Shown one piece after another: positions 28,359-42,808 of a DNA stretch of 64,000 nt. The notes beneath the pieces were generated by a model that saw nothing but the letters and a program-made list of their open reading frames with translations, was not told the DNA's origin and made no database searches. The translations under genes were made by a program, and so were the position numbers. Numbering within the stretch: position 1 is the stretch's first letter; each line of letters begins with the position of its first letter. This DNA comes from Eledone cirrhosa (taxonomy: Eukaryota), in assembly GCA_964016885.1 (NCBI GenBank), contig OZ024745.1, positions 110,360,001-110,424,000 on the forward strand, written 5' to 3'.

Positions 28359-31300
28359 TCTGAATAATAGTATTGACCATTGATTGCAATAATTTGCAAT
28401 TACAATTATCCTTAACATTATTATCTTTCAAAGGGGCGATGGATTAGCAGTATCAGTGGAGTGTCGGATAACATGCTTTTATGGCATCGAGTTATGGTCC
28501 TTTAGAATCTGAGTTCAAATCCTAAAGTATTTATTTTCTGCTTGAATGATGATCTAGAGACGTGTGGGTCACATTTTGTTGCCACAACAAACTTCGACTC
28601 TCACAGTCCCTGCCATTACATCAAAACAGCAAAACATATACAACATCCCAAAACACTACTACAACTGTATTCTATGATTATTATCTCATTCAGTACCGAC
28701 AAAACATTAACAAAATTATTCATAATGTATACAAGGAAGACCTGGGCAGATGTAATGAGAGCTGATCTCAAATCACTGAGACTCACAGAGGAGTGACAAA
28801 TGAATGCAGCGAGAGGAGAGATGCTGTGCTGAAAAGGACCTGTCCAACACAGGCAAGCATGGAAAAACGACGAAAATGATGATGAAAAATAGTAGCAACA
28901 CCTATAGTGGCCATCATTCCTAAATACTCTGCTAAGTCGCATAGCATCAGCAAAAAGGGCAGAGATGTATAATTAGACATTGCTTCTAGAAGTTACTACT
29001 AGGATACACCATCCCTAATCCAAATCAATAAGTGAGCTTCTATGTTATAAATAGCAGCCAAATCTCCCCTCATCTCCAGCATACATTTTAGACAAGATAG
29101 AACACATTAAGTAATGTAATTCTGCATACACCATACCTAAGAAAAAGGTGGGATAACATGGCTGGAATGCCTTAATCATAAATCTGTTAGATTAGATTTG
29201 ACACAGAGTTAAATAACAACAATATTACTATCCCCCATCCTTAAAGTAGCCTGCACAAGGGCCAAAAACCTTATGGAACTTATTGTTTTTCTCTTGTGAG
29301 CCATTAGCAGAGATAATAGAGGTTATTAAAAGTTCATCACATCATCTATTTTCATTATCGCAATTGTTCCATCCAGACACTTCTTTTCTAAAATTATACT
29401 TACACCACCTTTATCAGAGTTACTACCCACCCAGTAAAATGTGTACCCATATCTGTTGCTTTATTGTTGTTGTTTAACCCAAGGCCAGCCTCCATTGAGC
29501 AAACTTAAAAACAAAGGTGTTCCAGATGGGAATCTCTTATCAAGTTTTCAAATATAACATATCTAGGACTATATTATTTAATGTGCCATTTCATTTTTTA
29601 TGATGGTACAATTTGAAGGTGATTTGACAGTTATTTTTAGCAGATCAATTTAACACAGAGTTTACCTTGTTGGCTTGTCTTGCCTTGTATCCATTTTTCT
29701 TGCATGTGAGGAGTCTAGTTGAGGCCCCTCCTACTTTCTCAAAAAAAAAAAAAAAACATCTATTCACCTACATTTTAACATCCAGTTTCACCAAACTCAC
29801 TTTTCAGTATATATTGAAGACACTGACATACTATACTATCTATAACTTTACCATACTAAGTAGTTTTAATTCATACTCTAACCTTATATTTACACATGAT
29901 TCATCGATTATGTAAATATATCAGTTCTAGTTTCCATAAACATAACCTTTCTTTATTTTTTAATATTTTGCAATATTATCAGTAGCACATATCTACTAAA
30001 GTTCAATAGATTTACTTACTTTTAAAATGCCTCCACCCTTCCCAGATAACTGAGTTATGTAAACCCAAATAATAAATTTTCTTTGCCACAATTCCTACAT
30101 TATTTATTTTTAGGTTAGCATTAATATATTTCAGATTTAAACTTGTTTGGTAAATGATTTGATTTGATACTGTGTGTTGAAACTGTAGCAATTACATATG
30201 GAAAAATTATTTTAGCCATTTAAGAAATTGCTTTTAATGTAATTATTTAAGGGTAATTCAAGTACCTTTGGTCTTGGAAGGGTTAAGTTCCACATATTTT
30301 CTTACAGGAATTTTATTTCCTATAAATTATACCTTATTTGGCAATGTTATCTTAATGACAATCTCCATCTATCATAACAACAAACATGTATCTACTTCGT
30401 TCGTTATATACTCTTTTATTAAATGGCAATCTCCCAGTAGACATCTGCCAATAGCAATAACCATATAATAATTTCAAATGATTGTCAGAAGCCAGAAATT
30501 AATCTGACTGTATTCTAGCATCATAAACAGGTCAGGAACACACTATTTCAGTCCCATATTCCTTAAGTGTAAATTAGGAATGACAAAGTTTCAAAGAGAT
30601 CATTCAGATGAAATATCATAGGACACAAGAGATATCTACAATGTGAACATTTCTCAAGAAATGGTACACACACACACCACACACACAAACACACACATAT
30701 ATATATATACATATATATATATATACATATATAGGCAAAAAATAAATGGAAACAACAAAGCAAGCAATACAGTACAATTTAGAAATATATTAACTTCATG
30801 CTTCATCGGAAGATAGAATGAGAAATAAAAGGTGAAGTAGAGAGAGAGAAGAGGAAAGAAAGGAAAAAGAATATTCAGCCAGGCATATATATTTAGCATA
30901 ATTGAGATTAAGCAGTTGTATCATGGACTCCTTTTATCATAAGAGTACATTCCTTAACAATTTTATACCAACCAAGTCAAAACTGATTCTAGTACTATGA
31001 AACAAAACCATCAAGTTTAAAGAGTTCCTATTTCAGTTAAAATCTTCCAACACAATTTTATATAAGAAACACGTATTAACCCTTTAATGTTCAAACCGGC
31101 GAAAACTGGCCAGAATTCTCTACCTATTTCTGTTGAAACTGGCTGTAACCGGCCACTCAAACTGATGTTAAGGTATTGTTCTCAAAATAAATACTTTTAA
31201 TCTCATAGATTCGATATTATGTGAGATAATTATGCGAGATAAAGCCTTTACCATGAAAATATAATAGCATATATAGAGTAATGTGAATGGCAAAGGGTTA

Positions 31301-32065
31301 AATTGTGGAGGCCTGTACCCTAGTGGTAAGGGTGTTGGGGTTACAGTCATAATGTCATGGGTTTAATTCCATAACCTTGTGATGGACTGATAACCTATCC
31401 GGGAGGGGGGGGGGTCTTCTATTCTTCCTCGCTTCACACCAGAGAAACAGGGATAAGTAACGGCCTTTACTTATTTACTATTTTAGTAATGAAATAAATA
31501 ATTTTAGTAAATCCCTCAAAAGTCTTTATTAATCAATTGAAATAGTATGTATTTCATTAGAAACATGGACAAGAAAGGGTTTAAGAAAGCATGTATGTTT
31601 GCTTGCTCTAATTTCTAGAGCTGACATAAAACAGATGTCATGCCTTCTTTATGTAAGATATGTTACTGATATTGTTTAGACCCAATTCAGCCTTGAGTAA
31701 GCAACAAAATATGATGAATCAAAGGTGTTCTAACTGAGACGATTCCACTTTTTATTCAATCATAGTGTATATCTAGGATAAGATTATCCAGTGTGTCTCT
31801 TGAGGGAGATGAGCTGATCTTTCTTGCAGGTCAAGCAGTCACATAGAAGCTACTGCTTCAATAAAACACAATCCAATCCATGCAAACAAAGAAAAAGGGT
31901 GCAGAGAGAGGGGGAAAAGGGGGAGAGAGAAAGTGAGTGAGTGAATGTGTGTGTGCGTGTGCGTGTGTGTGTAATAATTTCTTGTATGGAGTTGGTAAAT
32001 TAATATCTCTCTCATAGAATGAACACATGATGGTGATGATGGTGATGTGGGTGATGTTGATGATG

Positions 32066-32096
<31 letters not shown>

Positions 32097-35000
32097 GGAG
32101 GATCAAACATTCTATGTGAGGGATATTTGTTTATCAACAGTATACAAGAAATTAGTCTACTGCCAAGCTGCAGTGTAATCATCATCATCATTTTACGTCC
32201 GCTTTTCCCCTACTTGCAAGGGTGGGACAGGAACTGATTCTGGCTTGATTTCTACAGCTGGATGCCCTTCCTAACACCAACCTCATTTACAGTGAGTGCT
32301 GGGTGCTTTTTTGCCGTGGCACCTCCACGACCACTTTGCAGTGGAATGATAGGGACTGGGACCTCAATCCCTATCATCTCATTTCTACAGCTGAGTAAAC
32401 TGGAGCAATGTGAAATAAAGTGTCTTGCTCAAGGAACCAACACATCACCCGGTCTGAGAATTGAACTCACAACCTTTCGATTGCAAGGCCAATGCTCTAA
32501 CCACTAAGCCATGTGCCTCCATGTAATATATATTATATTTCTTAGAAAGAGAAGGGGATAGATTGGCAGTATCAATAGAGAATCAGATAGAATGCTTTAC
32601 AGTATCCGTGCTGGTAGTCTGTGTTCAGGATACAAATCTCTTCATGGTCAACTTTGTTTTTCAACCCATCGGAGCTAATAAAATAAAGTATCATTTAAGC
32701 ACTGGGGTCAATATAACCGGCTTTCCCTTTCTTCAAAATTACTGGCCTTCTACCTAAAGTAGAAATCATTACCTCAGCAACTTAACATACAAATGTTCAA
32801 AAAATAATTGCAATCTGAAATTAATATTTTGAATCTGTACATTTATGATAAGCAGTAAATATTTAAAGAGTTCTTATAATGGTTACAAAAGTGATTGAAT
32901 AAATAGAGATCCTCATAATATGACGACATTAACCCCTTTGATATTACCCTGCCTAAAACAATCCTTGTTTCTAAGATACAAAGCTGTTTATTTTAAAGTG
33001 CATATATTTATCTAAAACACTGCCATTCTAATTTTCTGTAGCCACCTTCAAACACCAACTTAATAATTATTTCTACATTAGGCACAAGGCCAGCAATTTG
33101 GGGAGAGGAGAAATTCGATTAAATCAACCCAAGTGCATTACTGGTACTTTATTTTATCGACCTCATAAGGATGAAAGGTAAAGCTAACCTCTGTGGGATT
33201 TGAACACGGAACGTAAAGAGCCATAACTCTATGCTGCAAAGCATGGTGTCTGATGCTCTACTGATACTGCCAATCCACTACCCTCCAAACACCAACTTAA
33301 TAATGAGAAAGTTAGTTATATTACTAAACCTCTTCAAATTCTTGATTATTTTCTAATGAAAGACACTTTCATTAGAAATATAGTAACAAAAGGATTAAAA
33401 CTAGTATGATTTTTAATAAATGATAATATGTTCAGAAAGCTGGTACAATGTAGATAGAAATATAAAGGTCATACTGGAGTAATAGGGTGACAAACCATAC
33501 AAAATAATATTTTTACGCAATATATTTCTTTGTGATATTTCAAATAAAGAAAAATGAGGCATTCTATTCTCAAGAACTTTTCCAATGTTGTTTTGTGTTG
33601 TCCTCTTTTTACCCCAGTACCACCTTTATATTTCTATCAGCATTGTACCAGCTTTCCAAGAAAACCTTATCGTTTATTACATATCTCACACTTCATCATG
33701 TAAACTATATTGCTTTGCTGTGATTTTGTTTATGAAAGTAATAGCAAAAATGTTGTTTCTTCAAGATTATTCAGCCTTGTCTAGCCATTTCTCCTACTCC
33801 ACTAAAATAAATACAAAATACAACCAATTCACGACTGCCTCTCAGATCTGACTTTTGTATCAAAGATCAAGATTATCTGTAACAGATTCACTTCATCGTA
33901 GTGTTTATCATTGAATTATTAAACAGAAAAGAATTTATGACAGCAATTATCCAACAACAATTGAGAAAATAAAACAATTTGAAAAGATAAAAAAATTTCT
34001 TTTATGAATAAATAATAACAAAAAATTACAAAACAATTATTTGTTCCTGAAGTCGGAAGTAAACAGCTGTAACTCTTGACATCATTTAAAGAATAAGAAA
34101 AAAAATATTTGAAGAGCTGTATTTTATTTTTCTTGCTTCCGTAACTTTTTCTTTTTTTTTTCTTTTGTTAAGTCAGTGGACCAATATTCATGGCATAAAA
34201 GCACTTGAGAATCTTCAGTAAAGACAAAATTTTGATTAGTTCTTCTTAATTATTGCCCTCATCTAAATGTCACAACTGATCCAAAAAGAAACAATAAAAA
34301 TATCTAAACATTTTGTTCAACTACTTGACCATAGAAAGGAGAGATAATCAAATAATTACTGGTGGAAATATTTTTATTTGCTGCATTGAAATGAGGAAAT
34401 AAGACCATTGCCATTTAATCAGGAAAAATAAAAACAAAACAAGTGGCAGTAAATACCAAATAAAAGACTTTTGAACATGTCTTCTAGAATGAATATTTTT
34501 GGAAAATGTAGGATGTCAGTACTCATGTTTGAATTGGCCTTTTGTTTTTAGGTCAGTCATAAAACCAATTGTATTCTAACTCCAAATCTTAGATTAAATA
34601 TCTAGAAGGCACATTTTGGTAAATCTAAACTACATTTGCAGCCCTGTGGCATCAGTTGCTACTTAAATTCTTTTTTCATTAAAACAGCATAACATATTTT
34701 ACTTTAAGTAATATTTCATTGTTGTTAATGTAAACACCTGTATTATGACCAGTGATTACCTTGAAAGCATGTATTTACCTTATTCAAAAGATATAAAACT
34801 AATCAATGCTCTGTTATATTTGTATTTTTAAAAGATTTTCAAACATTTTATCCAAGTAATATTTCAAATAACTTCAGAAATTCAATCTTCCATTGTGCAC
34901 ACATACACATCTGTTGTGTGTATGTGTGTGTGAGAGAGAGAGAGAGGTGGGGGGAGTAGAAGGAGTAGAGGGAGTAGAAGGAGTAGAGGGGGGTATAGAG

Positions 35001-37160
35001 GAGTAGAGGGGGTAGAGAGAGAGAGAGTTTGAATACATGTAAGAAATGGGAAATACAGTTATAACATGGCAGGCAAGTGAGAGAGTCAGTGATAACTACA
35101 TGGTTATTGGTAGGTGGTTTGGTAATGAGCAGCATGATGGGACAACAATAGGGATATGTCATGGAAGAAGAGAGCAAGATGTAATAATAATAATAATGAA
35201 AATTATTGCGTACAGTGTTCAGGTGGACTACAACTCATCAAATGTGTATAGTCCATAGAATAATTGTTTCTATTTTAGGCACAAGGCCAGCAATTAAACA
35301 GTACATTACTGGTACTTTATTTTACATAGAATAATGTACAAACGTCAGGAAAGTGAGTGCAAAAGAGAAGTTATACTTCTACATTCAAATATTGCTATAG
35401 TTGACTTAACTTTTCAAGCTTTATATAAAAAAATTATATATACTACTCAATATACTTTTAAAGTTGTGAATCTGTAACACTGTGAATTTAGTGAAAATAA
35501 TTCATTGAAATGCAAAACAGTTTCAACTAATTGTTCTCTTAAATGCAAGCACTTTTGTCTAAATTCCTTTCGGTACATTTCTGGACCCAGGAAACCTCAA
35601 AACAAAATCTTTTTCCTTATTTTACCAACATGGAAAAGTCATTTTTAGCCATTCATGAAGAGAGACAGAAAAAGTAATGTGCACGCATATCAACAAATGC
35701 ATAAACATGCATACAAAAACAGACACACTCCCATATATACATATCCTTAAACATAAGCCTTAGACACATACATATCAGAAGCACACACATAACTTACAGT
35801 GAATCCATAGTCAAAACATACAAAAACAGACACACACAGTGACAAAGACATACTTGGGGCTTCAATTCACAAGCAATGTCAGGTATCCTTGTAGTAACAT
35901 CTAAAAGCAATGTGTAATATATTTTATTTGAAACTACTCACATTTCTTCTTATGAATGGCTTATGAAAGTTTTATATTCGGATATAGCAATTGACTTAAA
36001 TGGTGAATATAGTTCTATTACTCTATTAAGAAAATTTACTTCATTCCTAGTTTTCTAGATATCATATCCATAAATGTCTTGAACTAATGTCAGAGAAAAT
36101 ATTGTCTTTTAATAGTTTACTTATTTGACTAAAACATTTTCAAAATGAAATATAATCTTCATTGATTAATATAAAACCATATATCGAATGATAAAAGAAA
36201 TCCATATGTTAATCAGAAGTAATATCTCAAAGAATTGGAATAAAGTAGTTATCATTACATCACATTTCTGACAAAGAAAAAGGTTTTAATTAATATCAAA
36301 ATAAATGTTTCTTAGTTTTATATCTGATATCCATATAAATGTATTTATATCAATATGTCAATAAATACATATGTTTTTAATGAATATATGCATACATTTA
36401 TATACTCTGATACATATTCACAAAACTTATGGTTTTACTAATAACTACATATGTGTATATCTGGGTTTGTTCTTTAGTACATTAAATATATGTTTGTACA
36501 CATATTTAGAAGCGGATCCATGTGGGGGGGGGGGGGGGGGGGGCGATAGATAGATAAATAAATATGCACAATAACCTAGTAGTTCAGAAAACAAGAGCTT
36601 TATTACAAAACTACCAAACTTAATAAAAAAAATAGTCATGGGATTGATATGATTGACTAAATACTATCAAGGCATGGCTCCAGTTTAATAACTGAGACCA
36701 GTTAAAGAAAATATGCTTTTAAAGAATTTTTTTTTCATTGCAATATGTAAAGAATAACATCATTGACTACAGGCATAATCACTAATATGTGTGTAATGAG
36801 TAACTTAAATGTATTTCTCCTTTTCATACTTGTTCTGCATTAACCCTTTAGCATTTAAGCCAGCCTTATCCGGCCAGAATTTTCTCACCTCTTTCTATTC
36901 AAACTGGCCTTAACTGGCCACTCATACTGATTTTTAAGTATTGTTCTCAACATAAATAATATAAAAATCTCATAGATTCGATATTATGTGTGATACTATA
37001 TGAAATAAAGCATTTACCACAAAAATACAATAGTATATATAGAGAGTAGAGTAATGTAAATGCTAAAGTGTTAAAGGATCTTCAGATTTTTGGTTTTCTC
37101 TCTGATATTTACATCCTTTACTGATATGCAACTGTATACATACATGCATATATATATATA

Positions 37161-38213
37161 TTGTTCATTATAGTCCTCCAAGTCATAACAGAGGCGTTTA
37201 AGACTGGCTGTCCATGGGAACTTCTCTATGCTGACGATCTGGTTCTTATAGCAGAATCAGTAGAGGAGCTAGAGAATAAATTCTGGCTATGGAAACAGCA
37301 GTTGGAAGCAAGAGGACTGAGAGTGAACCTAGCTAAGACAAAAGTGTTGATGAGTAGAAAAGAGGACAACACTCTGATTCCATCAGGGAAATGGCCATGT
37401 TCGATATGCAGAAAAGGAACTGGCATAAATTCTATAAAATGCACACAATGCAGATCTTGGGTATACAAGAGATGTAGTGGGATAGCAGGCAAACTAACAG
37501 GTAGGGAGAAATACGTATGCAGTAGATGTACAGGGAAATTAGACAGTAGAAGTCGCATTGATAGACACATTTTTCAAATGCAGGCGGGTGGTATAGAAGT
37601 GGTGGATAGCTTCCGGTACCTAGGAGATCAGATTAGCATGGGAAGGGTGTTCCGAGGCCATAGTATCTAGAATAAGGACGGGTTGGAAGAAGTTTAGGGA
37701 GCTGCTTCCTCTGCTGACAAAGAAGGGTTTCTCCCTGCGTACGAAAGGCCGGTTATATGATGCCTGTGTGAGGAGCGCGATGCTGCATGGTAGTGAGACA
37801 TGGGCAACAACTGCAGAGGATATGCGACGGCTGGAGAGAAATGAGGCAAGCATGCTCCGTTGGATGTGCAGTGTCAATGTGCATGAACGACCCAGCATGA
37901 ATGTGTTGAGAGAGAAACTGTGTCTGAGAGGGATAGAATGTAGTGTGCGAGAGAGGAAACTTCGGTGGTATGGACATAGATGCACATGGAGGATGACTGA
38001 TGAGTGAAGAAGTGCCACGAAATGCCAGTTGAAGGAAGACGTGGTAGAAGTAGACCACAAAAAACATGGGCGGAGGTGGTGAGAACAGACCTCAGATCGC
38101 TGAAGCTCACGGTGGAGATGACGAAGGACCGTGACAAGTGGAGAGATGCTGTGCTGAATAAGACCCGTCCAACCCTTGCAAGCAGGGAAAAGCGGACGTA
38201 AAATGATGATGAT
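37161..38213 (+). mobile_element. 5'-truncated RTE-clade LINE with PHD-type finger inside the RT
   Basis: ELLYADDLVL, LRVNLAKTKVL, a Cys-rich finger, VVDSFRYLGD, AMLHGSETW, LRWYGH and GRRGRSRPQKTW, with a few frameshifts and a (GAT)n tail. Short pieces also at 28730-28885, 39893-40012, 40855-41082 and 41328-41490. Confidence 0.92.
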
Positions 38214-38724
38214 ATATGTGTGTGTGTGTAAACAAACAACATAGGAAACAATACAGTTAAATGAATATATATATATGCATTTACAATAGGCTTCCATATA
38301 GCTTTTGTCTACCAAATTGCACTCACAAGCTATTGATCAATCTGTTGTTGTGGCAGAAAACACTTCCTCATGATACCATGAAGGGTTATCGAACTCCAAA
38401 CGTTGTGGTTGTAATACAAACTTCTTACCCACTCAGACATATATATTTGTAGTTAATGGTAAATTTATGCTAAATTTATTATTTTTACCTACCATGATTT
38501 CTTAAAATTTTTTAGAATCCTTGTAGTATGGAATAAATTAGAAGATATCTAAGCTGTCAATGTCTATGTGTTCTCTTGTTTTATTTTTTGTTTTTCATAT
38601 CTATTTTTTTGTATGCTGTGTCTCAAAAGTCAACAAATTTGAGGAATCTTCAAACTGAAACAATACAGATTTTTTGAAATAACAAAATATCACTAATTGT
38701 GTAAGAAAGAAAAAAAAAATAACT

Positions 38725-38757
<33 letters not shown>

Positions 38758-40181
38758 TCTGAAAAAGATTACATCAAAACAGATATAACCAGCTACTGAA
38801 ATAAATAAATAAATAGATAAATGAATAAACAAATAAAACAAAATAAAATAAACAGAATGTTTTTAAAGTGAGACAGCTTTAGTGAAAAACATGTCAGGAA
38901 TAGCAAGATGTGAACAGTTCATGTTTATATTATAACATAACAATGACAGAAAGAAATAGATACATCATATCAGTAGAAATGTCTTGGGAGATTCACCATA
39001 TAAATATGTGGATATATCATATATTCTAATATTGTTATCTATAAAAGTAAATGTCCTTTCAAAATCACATGGACATAGTAGACATTGTAGAATATCCTTG
39101 CATGAATCAGATATCACATAACAACATGTGTATATTGGTGTGTGAGTGTGTATGCGTGAGTGTGTGTGGGAGAGGGGGGGATAAAGAGTTTGAGAGAGAG
39201 AATGTGAGAAAGATAGCAAGAGAGAGTGGAGTGAGAGAGAGAGAGAGAGAGAGAGCAAGAGTGTGAGAGGGGAGTGAGAGAGAGAGAGCAAGAGTGTGAG
39301 AGAGAAAGAGCAAGATTGAGAAAAAAAGAGTGAGAGAGAGAGAGTGTGTGTTTGAATACATATAGGAAATGAGAAATAGAGTTCATTTATATATTGTAAT
39401 GTTGACACTATCTATTGTTTGTTATTACCCTGAGTTTCATGAATGTTGTTAGCCATGTAATTGATGTCTGGAGTATAACATATGGTATTTATAATGTAAA
39501 TAGGTGTGGGTGGTCATTGGAATAGAAAGAAAAAAGGATCTCAAAAATAAAATAAAATTAAAGAAAGAGACAGAGAAAAAAATAAATAGGTAAAAATAAT
39601 AACTAGTAAAAGAAGGTTCATATATATATATATATATATATTTAAAAAACAGTACTGATGAAGAGTAATACCCAGCAACATTAGTGTCTGCAGTTCTGTT
39701 TACATGCCAACACAAGAGCAAGAATGAGGGGCTCATTCTACTGACATGGCTTTAAAAATGAGGCTTGTTTGCATAATTGCAAACGAATCGAATATATTAT
39801 TATTCCTTGTGCCTAAAGTAGAAACAATTATTATTAATATTCGAAAAACTCAGATTACATTTATTTATATATATATAAGGTGGTGAGAGCTATCACTGAA
39901 GCTGACGGTGGAGATGACGAAGGACCGTGATGAATGGAGAGATGCTGTGCTGAATAGGACCCTTCCCACCCTTGCAAGCAGGGAAAAACGGATGTAAAAT
40001 GATGATAATGATATATATATATATATATAAATATATATAAAGAATTCGAAGTTCGAAAGCCATGACAATGCTGGTTTGGACGAAGAATATTAAATTGTAA
40101 GAAACAGGGCTTGTTTCTTACAATTTAATTATTCTCCATCCAAACCCACAATGTCATGGCTTTCAAACTTCGAATTCTTTA

Positions 40182-40836
40182 TCTATATATATATAAAACT
40201 GAGGATGTGTGTCAGTGTGCGTGTGTGTCTGTCTGTGAGTTTGAATCCCTAAAACTCGAGAAGTACCCAACCGAATTTTTTCAAACTTTACATGTGTATT
40301 ACTTATGTTTCAGGGAGTGTTATGCACATTAAAAAAATCAACTTTTTGATCCCCTAGGGGCTGCATTAGGTGAAAAACTGCGTTTTTTAAGCTTTTTAGA
40401 GGGTTTTTTGAGGCGTTACGTCAGACCGATCTCCTTGAAATTGTAACTACGTATTAGTCAGTCTCTTCTTCATATCGTGAGCAAAGAAAATCCAAATTTT
40501 TTATGGCCTAGGGCCCGCATTAGGTGAATAACTTCATTTTTTCAGCTTTTTAGGGCTTCTTTGAGGCATTACGTCTAGCCGATTTTCCCAAAATTTCAAG
40601 GCATATTATGCACATAAAAAAAATTCATTTTCTTGATCCTCTAAGGCCCGCATTAGGTGAAAACCTGCATTTTTCCTGCTTCATCGAGGAAAATCTCAAA
40701 GGTTTTCCAGCCATCAGAGTATTCAGTTTATTTTCTTTACATATTGTCCAGGCATGCAGTTTTTCCACGATTAGCTCTGTTGGCGGCTCGTGTTCTAAAA
40801 TACCTTATCCCGTGCAACGCAGGGTACCACTGCTAG
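40182..40836 (+). mobile_element. Non-autonomous Helitron
   Basis: A|TC 5' end, 3' hairpin cccgtgcaacgcaggg (40809-24), CTAG|T end, no TSD; internal degenerate repeats containing gcattaggtgaa (3 copies). Confidence 0.8.
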
Positions 40837-41546
40837 TACCATATAAAATGCTTCAAGAATCAGAAGTGGTGTGCAGGAGAGAAGACTGCATTGGTATGGG
40901 CATGTGATGCACATGGATGATAATCACTGGGCGAAGAAATGGCAGAGACTCCCAGTGGAAGGAAGCTGTAGTATACGTAGATCAAGAAAGGAGTTGATGA
41001 GAACTGATCTCAAATCACTGAGACTCCCAGAGGAGGTGAAAAGGACCCACCCAACCGATGCAAGTTTGGAAACGATGACAATAATGCATACACATATATA
41101 TATATGAAAATACTGATAAGCATACAGACAGGCTCTTTTGGGAGACCCTACATGGACACACTAGAAGAGGAAGACCAAGGTTAACATATGTTGATGCCCT
41201 AAGGACAGACACTGGTCTGTTGGAGATGCAGGATATGGCAGCGATAATGAGGGACAGAGACCGCTGGAGAGAACTCGTCCATGGATCTCGGGAATTTTAC
41301 CCGCCTTAGATAGAGATAGATAGATATATGTGCATAAAAGGTGTAGTGGGATCACAGGTAAGCTAACTAAGAATATAGATTTTATATGTGGCCGAGGCTC
41401 TGGTGCAATAAGTAGCAGCAAGTGCCCACAGAATACTAGCTCATTCCATTGCACAGATGGTTCTATAGAAATAGTGGACACCTTCCGTTACTATATATAT
41501 TCCGTTACCATATATATATATATATATATATATATGAAGGCGTATG

Positions 41547-41772
41547 GCTGAAGGCGTATGGCTGAGTTGGTTAGCGAATTGGGTTCACAATCGTGAGGTT
41601 ATGAGTTCGATTCCCGGATCGGGTGATGCGTTATGTCCTTGAGCAAGACACTTTATTTCACATTGCTCCTTCTACCTGGAGTTGCGACCGATAGATAGTA
41701 TCAGCAATTGGAAAGACCAATGGAAACATTGTTTCCTTGGTCCGATTTGACGAAAGTCGATCGAAAAAAAAA
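41547..41772 (+). mobile_element. CORE-type tRNA-SINE variant with a different 3' end
   Basis: tRNA-like head (tggctgagttggttag; gagttcgattccc), half CORE tccttgagcaagacactttatttcacattgctcc, then a non-RTE tail and an A-run. Confidence 0.65.
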
Positions 41773-42034
41773 TATATATATATATGGGTGTGTGTATATT
41801 ACCATACATGCAAACATACATAGAGAGAGAGAGAGGGGGAAGATTTGAAATCTAAACAATATATATTCCCATAAATAACTAATACATATACTACATCCAA
41901 ATATATGATGTTCCTACCTTTTCAGTAACAAGTATTGCCTTTCTGTAAAAGTAAAATAAGTGTAGTAATATCTTGGTTTTCCTCCTGCAAATAATATGCA
42001 TTTTCAAGAATATGTGTGTGTATATATATATATG

Positions 42035-42066
<32 letters not shown>

Positions 42067-42084
42067 TGTATGTATGTATGTGTG

Positions 42085-42117
<33 letters not shown>

Positions 42118-42189
42118 GTGTATATATGTATGTATGTGTGTATGTATGTATGTGTGTATGTAGGTATGTATGTGTGTATGTATGTATGT

Positions 42190-42229
<40 letters not shown>

Positions 42230-42230
42230 G

Positions 42231-42328
42231 TACAGGGTGTCCCAAAAAATGTATACACACTGATTACCTGTACAGTCAATTTTTATTAGAATACTGTTGA
42301 AGTGTGTGTTCATTTTTGTGAGACACCC

Positions 42329-42379
<51 letters not shown>

Positions 42380-42478
42380 GTACAGGGTGTCCCAAAAAAT
42401 GTATACACACTGATTACCTGTACAGTCAATTTTTATTAGAATACTGTTGAAGTGTGTGTACATTTTTGTGAGACACCC

Positions 42479-42541
<63 letters not shown>

Positions 42542-42660
42542 GTGTGTGTGTGTGTGCGTGTGTACAGGGTGTCCCAAAAAATGTATACACACTGATTACC
42601 TGTGCAGTCAATTTTTATTAGAATACTGTTGAAGTGTGTGTACATTTTTGTGAGACACCC

Positions 42661-42698
<38 letters not shown>

Positions 42699-42808
42699 TG
42701 CGTGTGTACAGGGTGTCCCAAAAAATGTATACACACTGATTACCTGTGCAGTCAATTTTTATTAGAATACTGTTGAAGTGTGTGTACATTTTTGTGAGAC
42801 ACCCTGTA
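42231..42808. mobile_element. Four tandem 98-bp Tc1/mariner-type MITEs separated by (GT)n
   Basis: Units at 42233-330, 42383-480, 42565-662 and 42709-806, each TA-CAGGGTGTC...GACACCCTG-TA with ~30-bp imperfect TIRs. Confidence 0.85.

Noticed and set aside
42231-42808. CRISPR-like repeat-spacer look
   Set aside because: Repeats are 98-bp TIR elements with TA flanks, spacers are (GT)n, the context is eukaryotic and there are no cas genes.
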